Of a stretch of 50,138 bases of DNA, positions 13,101 through 22,801 are shown piece after piece. Both the position numbers and the translations under genes were made by a program. How positions within the stretch are numbered: the stretch's first letter is position 1; the number at the start of each line of letters is the position of its first letter. Source of the stretch: Rhizaria sp. SCN 62-66 (lineage: Eukaryota); contig MEDY01000231.1 in assembly GCA_001724265.1 (NCBI GenBank), forward strand, positions 1-50,138, read 5' to 3'. Below the pieces are notes generated by a model. The model was not told the DNA's origin. It saw only the letters and a list, made by a program, of their open reading frames with translations, and made no database searches.

Positions 13101-14445
13101 CCAACCTAAGCACCAACATCACTAGCACCAGCAGCATATGCACATCACGATTGACTCCGCTGCGGCGAACCCGAACAGCAACAACAACAACAGCAAGAAC
13201 AAGTCTACTGTTGCTGTGACGAAGGACGCAGCACACGCAAGCTCTCGTGCGAAGCGCACCGCCGCCGCGTTTGCGGGCGACACTAGCAACGCCCGTCGCG
13301 GCGCTGATGCCAGTGACGACGACGATGATGATGACGACGACGACGACGACGATTTTTTCTCCGGCACGACGTTTGGCAACACCGATCTCGGCGATCCCAG
13401 CCACCTCTCTTTGCGCAGGGGCGGCAAGAACAGTGGCAAGAGCAGCGACAAGGGCGCAGCGCGCGTCGTCGACCTTAGCTCGGACTCCGACTCCGCGTAT
13501 GAGATCTACAGCCACCCGCCCTCGGCTGCAGCTGGCGCCCACGGTCACGCCCACGGTCACGGTCGTGGCGGCGGCAAGGCGACTGAGGTGGTGACGATCG
13601 ACGAGGACTCTGACTCCAACTCTGATGTCAAGGCCTCGGCCGCGAAGCGTGCAAACAGCGGCAAGGGCAAAGGCAAGGGCAGGAGCAGCAAGGACTCTGA
13701 GACCGAATACACCGGCAGCGACGACGACGACGACGACGATGACGCGAGTGACGCGTACGAAACCGATGACGACGACGACAACAGCGGGGGCAGGTGGCAC
13801 CACGAGTCCGACAGTGAAAGCGCCTACAGCGACGACGAGGACGATGACGACGATGACTACGACAGTTAGCTCCATGACTCTCGCAGCGGTGGCGGTCGTG
13901 ACGGCAGTCGCGGCGGCAGTCGCGGCGGCGCCCGCGGCGGCAGCAACAGCGGCTCCAGTCGCAACGCGTACCAGCAGCTGCCGCAGTACCAACACTATCA
14001 GCAGCAGCGCACCATCAACGGCATCGGCGGCGAGCGCCAAGGCCGGGCCCGCGGCGGCCACGGCAACGGCTACGGCGGGTATGACCGTAGTGACCGCAGT
14101 GACCGCGGCCGCGACCGCAGCCGCAGTGGGAGCTGCGGTCAGAACCAGAGCGGCAGCAACCGCGACGCGCGCGGGCAGAGTCGCGACGGCCGCGGAAACG
14201 GAAACGGAAACGGCAGCAGACAGCAACAGAGCCAGCCCGGTCAGGGCGGCAACCGCGCCCACAGTCGCGACCGCAGCCACAGTCGCGACCGTGGGCATGG
14301 GCACAGCAAGGCCGGCGAGGACTTTAGTGGCACCGGTGACGGCAAGCAGCGTAAGGGCAATGCGGGTCGGTCGGAGCAGGCACAGGCGCGGCGCAATCAG
14401 AAGAAGCAAAAGGCCAGTCGGGACAAGAAGTCACGCATGGGCTAA
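8833..14445 (+). CDS. TRF4: Non-canonical poly(A) polymerase, Trf4/PAPD5/TENT4-like; 1870 aa if TAG codons at 13123 and 13867 are read as sense
   Basis: Motifs LHEEVLDF, FGSSLTGLYLPRSDLDLV (GS + DxD), ARVPIAKF, IDVCIN, GGVGSF, NLGSLLLGFFSFY and LSIENP. ORF 8833-13125, ORF 13138-13869 and the downstream RGG/RS-rich segment share one frame, separated only by TAG. The frame ends with TAA 14443-14445 at the GC-to-AT boundary. Confidence 0.88.
12850..12969 (+). repeat. KKD tripeptide repeats (AAGAAGGAC-type units) in the Trf4 C-terminal region
   Basis: Translates to KKDKKDKKDKKDKKDKKDK...KKDKKDKKDKKD with synonymous variation between units. Confidence 0.85.
13123..13125 (+). other. In-frame TAG codon 1 (Trf4), context QQQNQPKHQHH*HQQHMH
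   Basis: CAC CAA CAT CAC TAG CAC CAG CAG CAT; the frame stays open to the next TAG at 13867. Confidence 0.8.
13867..13869 (+). other. In-frame TAG codon 2 (Trf4), context DDDDYDS*LHDSRSGG
   Basis: GAC AGT TAG CTC CAT GAC; 191 further sense codons follow before TAA at 14443. Confidence 0.75.
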
Positions 14446-14633
14446 CAAACCCACAAATGATGCTGAAACGAATCGATATTTATGTATGTTTGCAATTGTA
14501 ACTTAGTTATAGCGCTAGTTGAATAAAATAGTATGATTAATAGAAAATAGAAAGTGCATACCAAGATTAAACACAAATCAAAAAAGACAACAAACAAAAA
14601 CGGTGAGCTCTGTGGAGTGTCAAGCCGGGACAG

Positions 14634-15989
14634 TTACATGAGCATATCATAGATAAACTTAACAATCAGCTTCTTGATCGCAATCTCCTCATTGGTGTCA
14701 ATCGGGTGCTGCTTCACAAACGCGGCGCCCCGGCGTCCGATGAACGGGTTCACGCTGGTCCCATGCGCGTACGGGCGGTACTGGTGCGGCGCCATCGCAA
14801 CCTTGTAGTCGAGCTCAGACCGCACGAAGAACACATTGCTAACGTTGAACGTGTTGAGGTCACCGTAGCGCTTGAGGTGGTCCTGTGCGATCACCCAGGC
14901 GTGTTGAGTCGTGTACGGGGGGCCCGCGAGGAGCAGGCATGCGTTGTAGAAGGTCGTGCGCGAAATAGCGCCCCGCGGCGCGAAAACTGACGCGTACAAA
15001 GACTCCTCACTGTGCGTGGGGAATGTTGCCTCGCCATAGCACGCGCGCAGCAGCTCGTGCTGCGTGTGCATGCCGAAAGAGCCCAGAAACAGCTCGGGCG
15101 TGTAGGCCACTTTGTAGCACTCCGTGGGCGGCAGCGTGCGCAGACTCTGGTGCACTGCGGCGAGGTCGTCGAGCTCGCTGCCGGTGCGAATGCGCCCGCA
15201 GATCTCACCGGCGCCGCCGCGCTGGCCCGGAACGAGGGAGCTAAATGCGTCGTTCATGGCGCGCACGATGGGGCCCATGTAGTAATACCAGAACAGGCCC
15301 TTGGCCGTCGTGTCCTTACCGCTTACATCAGGCACGGAGCACAAGTTAAGCCGCGCAGCTAGCCCCGCGCGCGCTGTGTCGTCGCCGGCAAGGCTCGCCT
15401 CAATCTGGCGCGTGACCGTCTGAATCCTGTCAGCACAACCCGGGAGGAGGTCTCGGAGAGTGGCAAACCCATCGAAGTCGAATTCACGGCCGAGATACGG
15501 CGTGTCGGCGACGACAGCGACGACGCGGGGGTTCTGCTTCGGGGCAATGCTCTGGCGGTACAGTGTGGCAACGGCGCCCGCAGTTCCGGTGTCGATAAGG
15601 ACGATCTTGCGCGTATCGCGCAGGTGAGGCGCCTTGGTGAGCACGGTGTGCAGGTCTTGAAGATACGTCTCCATATTCTGCTCAGCGCGCTCCGCCGGCG
15701 TCAGCAGCGAGGATGACTCGCTGAACCGCAGCGGAAGAGTGTACACGGGCGCATTAAAAGGCTCCGAAAGATTGGCGTGAAAAAGGGATTCTGGGGCGTG
15801 CAGGGGGTAGTCGTACGCGGTGTGACCGGCGTTGGACAGCATCACGAATGCAACTTCAGTGCGGTTAAGATTGTTGCTGGTGGCGCGGAAGTGGTATGTG
15901 AAAGAGCCGAGAAGCGGGTCATCATGCTTGTACGAAAGAAGTATGTCTAGGAAAACGGTGGCTGATGTTGCGGCAACCATGAACATCAT
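14634..15989 (-). CDS. Peptidase S28 family (PRCP/DPP7-like) homolog, divergent and probably inactive; 5' end uncertain and may extend to about 16180
   Basis: LLTPA...ETYLQDL (cf. LTxEQALADL), KIVLIDTGTAGAVATLYR...VVAVVADTP (cf. GGSYGGxLAAWxR...ASSAP), LNLC and SNVFFVRSELD (cf. SNIIFxNGxxDPW). A possible upstream exon, DCFDESN..TFNLKY (cf. DHF..TFxQRY), could join via intron 16096-15995. TAA stop. Confidence 0.62.
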   Translation of the reverse strand: MMFMVAATSATVFLDILLSYKHDDPLLGSFTYHFRATSNNLNRTEVAFVMLSNAGHTAYDYPLHAPESLFHANLSEPFNAPVYTLPLRFSESSSLLTPAERAEQNMETYLQDLHTVLTKAPHLRDTRKIVLIDTGTAGAVATLYRQSIAPKQNPRVVAVVADTPYLGREFDFDGFATLRDLLPGCADRIQTVTRQIEASLAGDDTARAGLAARLNLCSVPDVSGKDTTAKGLFWYYYMGPIVRAMNDAFSSLVPGQRGGAGEICGRIRTGSELDDLAAVHQSLRTLPPTECYKVAYTPELFLGSFGMHTQHELLRACYGEATFPTHSEESLYASVFAPRGAISRTTFYNACLLLAGPPYTTQHAWVIAQDHLKRYGDLNTFNVSNVFFVRSELDYKVAMAPHQYRPYAHGTSVNPFIGRRGAAFVKQHPIDTNEEIAIKKLIVKFIYDMLM

Positions 15990-16454
15990 CGCGGCTGCAG
16001 AGCGAGCAATAGACGCCTGCGCATTGGAGCTAATTTGGTGTGCACCCGAAAAAAGAGGAAACCAACGATGAGATAAACCTTAAGCCGGAATTGTACAGGA
16101 ATTCCTGAAGGAAAAAGTCAGTAAACGATATTTCAAGTTGAACGTGACTTGAATGAAGTTTGATTCGTCGAAACAGTCGCATCTATGTCAGAATCGAGCA
16201 TCTGTCGACGACGCTGAGGATGGGCCAAGGGCTGAACGTTTGGTGTTGCAGTTCGCGAAAAATCCCGAAATTGCTTTTCCCCGTTGCGGCTGGCTGGCGT
16301 GAGAGACGAATGTCGGAAAAGAATTGGTTGAAGCGCGCTTAAGCGATCGTTAATAGACGTCCAATTTTACATTTGGACTAGTTTATTGATTTTCAACCCA
16401 CAGAAACCTTTTTGACGCGAGCTGTTTGCCGGAACCTCCTGCTTCCTTCTGCAA

Positions 16455-17434
16455 ATGTTGCGCTCTCTTCGTGCCGTTCGCTCGGTCTCTTCTGCGTTCC
16501 CTGCCGCCTCCGCGGTGATGCCCGCTCGCCTGTTTACCGCTGCTGCTTCTGTCGCTGATGCCGCTGCTGCCAAGCCTATTATTGCCGCCGAGAGCATGAT
16601 CGCCGACAAGCCCGTCGACCTCACTGAGGCTGTGCGCGTCGTCAAGGCCTTCTGCACCACCCCCCTCGACCAGACTCTCTCGGTACGTTCCTTGTTCGCT
16701 TTTTATGTCCCACATGCATCAGTTCTTCACATTCTTGCATCAAAACCCTAGTTCTACACTGTGACTCACATCTTTTTTATTATTCATCCCCTCATCTTCA
16801 CTTTTTCTTTCCGCTTCCTCTTTCCCGCCTCGCCTTTCGTACACCACACCTTCAGCTCGCACTGGACCTCAACGTGGACCCTCGCAAGCCGAACCAGATG
16901 GTGCGCGGCATGGCCAACGTGCCCCACGGCGCCGGCAAGAAGGTCGTGCTGGCCGTCTTCGCCTCTGGCGAGAAGGCCGAGGAGGCCCGTGCCGCGGGCG
17001 CTGACATCATCGGCGATGACGCGCTGATTAAGCAGATTCTCGAGGGCAAGATCGAGTTCACGCGGTGCCTGGCGACGCCCGACATGATGCGCCACCTGGC
17101 GAAGGTTGCGCGCGTGCTCGGCCCCCGCGGCCTGATGCCCAACCCGAAGCTGGGCACGGTGACGAACGACATCAAGGGCGCCGTCGAGGCTTCGCGCCAG
17201 GGCCAGATCCAGTACAAGTGCGACCGCCAGGGCACGCTCAACGTCGCCGTGGGCAAGGCTTCGTGGTCCGACGCCAAGATTATCGAAAACATTGACGCTT
17301 TTGTCACGGCGCTCATCGAGGCCAAGCCCGCGGGCGCCAAGAGTACCTTCTTCAACAAGGTCTACCTGTCTTCCACGCAGGGCGGCGTGTCGAAGGTACT
17401 CGACCTCAAGCGCGCGCCCTTCAAGACCGCGTAA
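16455..17434 (+). CDS. MRPL1: Mitochondrial (bacterial-type) ribosomal protein uL1, exons 16455-16682, 16856-17434
   Basis: Presequence-like MLRSLRAVRSVSS; LNVDPRKPNQMVRG, PHGAGK, AGAD, ATPDMM and LGPRGLMPNPKLGTV. Phase-0 intron 16683-16855; TAA stop. Confidence 0.95.
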
Positions 17435-18534
17435 GCAGCAGAAGCATTGCAGATTGCACATAGCAGAACGGTGCGGTGCAGTAGTGGACTGCAGGGATTA
17501 TTTCTCACAGGTTCACTGTCGTTTACTCGCTCTCGATGGTGCTTGAGTGAAGCAGCGGCTGTATGGCGCTGTGTTTGAAGCATGTTTGGACTGGGCGACT
17601 GATTGAATGAGAAGCGAAGCAAAACGAGACAGCCTGGCGCAGCGGCCCGATATGGACGCACACGCGCAGCAGCAATTAAATAGGCAAACGTGTATACTGC
17701 CAAGACTACACGGCTACTTCTTGTGTTCCAGATGGAAGAGAGATTCTCTGAGTGGATGTTGTCTAGTGTGTGTGTTTGCGAGTGTATAGTGTGGAGAGAG
17801 CTGTGGAAGGTGCAGTGCTACTGGCGATGTCACAAACAGCACATAATATCTCTATAGCAATCGTGCTCTACTCAGAGGTAGATCAAAGCTTGCTTTATTG
17901 CGTGCTTTGTTTGTTGCGGAAGACAGTGGCCTGCGTATTTATTCCCTATCAAGGGGCGAGGAGGCTTCTTCTCCCATTCACACAAACACACATATAACCA
18001 ATTTCTCTTTGGATTCCAATCTCTCTTTATACGCACGCTGCTGCATCGTTAAGCTTCGCATCGTTTGAAGGGGGTTATTAAGAGAAGAGACGTGTACGGA
18101 CGTGGTTATGCTTTGTGCACAAGGGGATATTCATAATATTATTATATAATACATTTGTCAACTTACACTTTCCGTTTGTCGTGTCTCGACGAAATTGTGA
18201 CATCTATATCGTGCACTGGATAGGGTGAGGTCCGTTGGCTGCTCGCCATTGGCTGCGAAGTGTTCAGTTGACTGGCGCGTTTTGAGTACTGAGAGCGATG
18301 ATAGGACTTACATGACATATTATTAGGTTTATATATAGGAAACTTACTATGAATTTCTGTTTTGCTACTTATTTTCAACGCGACGATCGTATGCTCTCAC
18401 ACGATACTGTTTTCCCATATTTCCCATGCACCTCACCGTGCAGCGTCTATCATCTCCTTCCACACGGTGCACGCTTTATCCTAACGTGCTGCTAACATCT
18501 ATCCAGGCCCCTAGCATTAGAACCTAGCTGAGAT

Positions 18535-21500
18535 ATGTTTGCACGCCAGCCGGGCTCGCTGGCGGCGAGTGCCGTCCCCTGGGCGAGTCAGCGGGAGTTC
18601 GACGCAGTGTACCACGGTCTATTCGACTTCAAACACCCACACAATCAACAAGCGTACGCCTCCATTCTACAAAGACGATTTATAAAACTGAATCAATGTT
18701 GTATTCACGATTAATTCTACACAAAAACGTTGCTTTTATTTGCTCACGTCCGATTTCAATTCTTCTTTGCATCATTTTACTATGACATGCCAACTCGGAA
18801 CCGAACACTCTCTTTTTCCTTAACACGTGTGACAACAACAGCGCTCTCGCTGCCGTTGACACCTGGCGCTCTCGCGTGGCCAAGTTGCCCCTCTCCGTTG
18901 ACTCCACGGCTTCGCTTATTGCGCTTGACCTCGCGTTCACTGCGGCGCACCCCACCGCAGCCGTCCACTACCCAGCCCCATGCCACCAGCACAATACACA
19001 CAGCCACAGCGACAGCGACGATGGCGTGCAGTCGAGCAACTCTCACGCTGCTGATTTGGATGCAAACGCTAGCTCGGCATCTTACTCCACGATGTCGTCC
19101 TCGTCTGACGCTGCCGTGAATGCGACTGGTATGAACATTGAGCAGGCGGATCCTTTGCTCGCATCTCTCCTGCCCCAATCTCTTGCCAACCGTAGCGCCA
19201 ACTCGCACAAGAGCGAGAGCGCTGTCTCTGCTGCGCCCCCCGCGCTGTCTTCCCTGCAGGAGCTCCGGTGGCGGCACGAGTACTCTCTCGTGCTGCTGCG
19301 CTTCGTCAACGGCATGGTCGACAAGCTCCAGAAGCGCGCCACCGCGAGTTCCGTCACGACGCTCGCCTCGTCCGCCGGCATCCCGCGGCTGTTTGTGGAC
19401 ATCCGGCACGACGCGACGCACAACGACACGCCGTCGCTGGCGCTGCTGCGGCTGGCGGGCGGTAAGGCGCTGCAGTGGCTGAGGCGCGAGTACTGGGGCG
19501 CCGAGGCGGCCGCGCGCGGGGGCAAGGCAGCGCTTGTGGCCGCGCTCGTCGAGGGCTACTGCGAGCAGGCCGGCGAGGCGGCCGAGGGCGACGGAGGCAG
19601 TTTTGATGCCGAGTCGGATGACGACAACGACGACGATGACGATGACGACGATGATGATGACGACGACGATAGCTCAGCTGACGATGACAATGACGGAAAT
19701 CGCGGTCGCAAGAGCAGGAATAACGATATTTCCGCGTCTGCTGCTGCAAACGCTGCTGCCACAACGTGTAAGTTGCTCTTGGCGCGCGGCTACGAGGTCC
19801 CGATGCGTCCCTCCAACCACGTCAGCACTCTTCTCCGCAGCAGCACGGCCAGCAGCAACGCTACGGGCGCAAGCGCGAAGCCCAAGCAAGGAAGCGCAGG
19901 TACTGCAGTTGCGACTGCTAACGTGAGTGCGGCTGCAGTCGGCGATGACGCAGTGTTATCAGCGACGCTCGGCCTGTCCCCGCCCGTTTATAGCGCGGTG
20001 TCCGCCGCACTGGCCGCCGCCGCCGCGCTCAAGGCCACGCCTTCGGTTGCGTTTCTTGCCGCAGCGCAGCGTGCGCGCGCTAGCGCCGCCGCCAACACTG
20101 CAACGACTTCTCCTAGCAGTCGTAAAGCCACGAGTACGAAGTTTAAGAGCAAAAACGCGACGAATGGATCAATGGCGGATGCTGCAAGCTTAGACCCTGC
20201 TGCAACACACCCTCCTGCGCTCGTGTCCTTCACTCTCCCCGGCGGCTTGACTTACGCGCTCCACTCGCACGGCCCCCACGCGGCCGCGGTCCGCGCGTCC
20301 CCCGCCGCCGTCGCGGCCGCCGCCTCCGCCGCCGCCGTGACCGCCGCCGCGGGCCCCTCGGGCGCGTCCGCAGCGACGGCGGCAGCGACGGCGGCGGCCA
20401 ACGCGGCGCTGCGGCTGCCGGCGGCGCTGGCGGGCATTGCGATCGACGTCGCCGCGGCCGCCGCGGGCGACGGTGCGACGACGGGCGCGGGGGCCGCCGC
20501 GGGGGCCGCTGCGGGCGGACTCCCTGCGGGCGCTGTGTCCGAGGCCGTCGTGGTCTCTGTCGTTGCACCCGTGCTCGCTCCGGTATATTTGCCGGAAGAC
20601 CGCAATACGCCTCGCAGCGAGAACACGAACATCTGCAATGACCGTAATGCTGATGGCCGCAACAATGACCGTGGCAGCGATCATCTTGATGATGAGCTAG
20701 ACGATGAACACAGTGACGCGTGGCAACTGGCAGACGTGTCTTCGCTCGTCGGCTTTTGCTTGGCGACATACGATCAGCTCCACGCTGTTGCCAAGGCAGC
20801 CGTTATTGTCGCGCTTGGCCGAAGCAACAGTGGCCACACGAACAACGCGAGCAAGATCGCGCAGAAGGCGTCCGCACCAGAGACCGCTGCGGCGGGCTCC
20901 CTGAGCGCGAAAGAGGTCCGCCTCGCCGCTATCTCCGCGCTATCGACGCATGGGCCCACCGTGGCGCACCTGCGCGCGCTCGCGTTCGCCTTTGCCGCCA
21001 GCGCTGCGCTGCCGCTGCTGCTCACGCTCTGCTCGGGCTACGCGTCGCTGCAGCCCGCGCTGGTGACCAACCTCGCCGCCGCCGTCGCGGCCAGCCACAG
21101 GCGGCAGCAGCGGAGGCGCTATCGCCGCACTGTCGTGCGCGACGCCGATGACGCCACTGCGCGCAGTAGTGTCACTGTCCTGCAGATTAGCATGGGCGCG
21201 CGTGACTGGTTCTCGGTCGAGTGGCTGCGTCTGCTCCTGGCGGGTCCACTCACCTCCGTCTCGCTCGCACACCCGCACTCGCAATCGCCCCCGCGTGTGC
21301 CCGCGGCCGTGGCGGCCGCCGCGCCGGGGGTGGCTGAGAGCCTGCGGCGGTGGGCAGCGGCGCACGCGCAGACGCGCTCGCAGTCTCGCTCGCAGTCGCG
21401 CGCCCAGTCGCTCGCAGGCAGCGCGCAGTCGCTTGCACGGAGCGCACAGCCGGGGAACGCGAACGCTGCGAAGACTGCGGCCGCGGTTGCGACTGCGACT

Positions 21501-22361
21501 ACTGCGGCCGCGGGGCTGCGCGCGCTGCTTGCTGCGCGCAACACGTACGGCCAGGGCAACGAAGGTGGTAGTGCTAATGCGAGCGCGAGTGCTGTGAAGT
21601 TCGGTGCTAGTGTCGACTCCGCTGTCGACGCCGTTGAAGCTGAAAACGGTGAGCATGACAATACCGCTGCTCGCCGCTCAAAGCGCGCACGCCATGCTCC
21701 CAGCAGTAACGAAACCACTTGCAATGGCGTTGATAGTACCCTCTTATATGATAGCACTGCTCTGAACACCCGGATGCAAACTGTCTCGGCCGCCACCGCC
21801 GCTGCCGCAGCGGCTGCGCACCGTGCCGGCGCTGCCGGCGGCGGTTTACTGACGCAGCCCATTCCCGTGTCAGCGTGCGCGCTTACCGTCGCTATTAAGA
21901 ACAGCCTTGGCGGCAACAACGACTTTTCGTTGCTGTCGCAGTCCATGCCCAAGAGCATCCGTGGCTGGGGCCTCTCAGTGGCGCCGGGCGTCGATGTCGC
22001 CCTCGTTGCTCTCGCAGCCGCTATGTCTCTTGCTAGCGACCGCGAACATAGTGACCATGAGCAGGCGAGTGATTGTGAGCAGATCTACGAGTGTGAGCGG
22101 CTGCGCGCGGCTGTGGCTGGCGGGGTGTGGGGCCGCCTGCTGCTGCGTGTGCCCGTGCTCGTGCCCTTCGTCGCTCTCGCTCTGCAGACCTCTCCACAGA
22201 GACTCGATATCAGCGGCAGCGGCGACGGTAACGTGCGCGGCGATGGCGACGGCTCTGCGTGGCGGCGCGTGCGGGCGTGGGCGCGCTGTCCGCTCGGCCT
22301 GCTGCCCGGACAGGCTGCGGCGTCGGCGGCCGTGACCGCGGGCCACGCGGCACAGCAGTGA
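18535..22361 (+). CDS. LAS1: Las1-like HEPN endoribonuclease (pre-rRNA ITS2 processing), exons 18535-18653, 18842-22361
   Basis: Spliced N-terminus VPWASQREFDAVY...ALAAVDTWRSRVAKLPLSVDSTA; YSLVLLRFVNGMVD; HEPN motif IRHDATH; PSL; LQWLRREYW; C-terminal W...W.RCPLGLLP. Phase-2 intron 18654-18841; TGA stop. Confidence 0.9.
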
Positions 22362-22801
22362 GCAAGCACGAGCTGTTGCAAATCAAGAGTGACATGAAAG
22401 AGCTTGAACTTCCAAAGTTGTATTATTTTTTATATAGTCTTTACATGTACATGTACATGTTTATTTAATACATACGCTTGTCCCGTAATACTACGTGTTG
22501 TGAGACTATTTCGAGCTACTTGATGTTGTCGACGAGTTTAGTCGTAACAAGTGGGTTCGATACCCTGTGTACCCATAATATTACAGCCGCTTGCCGACTT
22601 CTATTTTGTTGTAGGGACAAAAGGAGAGTACACCTTCCCCGAAGCACATCGATACAGGTTTGTTTTTTCTTTGCCCACGACTGCTACAACTGGCTGCGGA
22701 AAAGGACGATGCTATGGATGTAAGTCCGTATTTTGACATCAGCAGTCCAAATACATGTTCATAACTAATAAATTCACGACTTTGCTTGTCATATGGCGAT
22801 T

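Noticed and set aside
12848-13125. Introns from GTAAGA (12848) or GTGCGT (12911) to TAG 1
   Set aside because: Both frameshift into a TGA within about ten codons and would have to skip a long run of CAG acceptors.
13123-13125. Pyrrolysine, or A-to-I editing of UAG to UGG (Trp), as the meaning of the TAGs
   Set aside because: Pyl is not known in eukaryotes and no pyl genes are present here. Trp does not fit Q/H-rich, acidic or helix-start contexts.
13138-13869. Separate 243-aa acidic gene downstream of Trf4
   Set aside because: It is in frame with Trf4, only 12 nt after the TAG, with no AT-rich intergenic spacer. It is better explained as part of the same CDS.
13755-13869. GTACGA...TTAG intron that would remove TAG 2 and shift into the 13625-14506 frame
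   Set aside because: The 115-nt segment is purine-rich GAC repeats without a pyrimidine tract. The shifted frame has atypical codon usage and runs on into AT-rich DNA. Not fully excluded without cDNA.
16080-16082. In-frame TAA upstream of the S28 ORF as evidence that UAA is also recoded
   Set aside because: It falls inside a plausible 102-nt GTACAA...CTGCAG intron (16096-15995) or the 5' UTR, and TAA clearly terminates other genes.
8833-22361. Functional cluster of RNA-processing genes (Trf4, uL1m, Las1) or of phosphate transporters
   Set aside because: They are interspersed with unrelated genes and act in different compartments; chance adjacency is sufficient.
22540-22575. tRNA-like GGGTTCGATACCC and rRNA-like GTCGTAACAAG
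   Set aside because: Only a 3-bp T-stem, with no acceptor, D or anticodon arms and no flanking rRNA similarity. I found no tRNA gene, including tRNA-CUA, in the window.
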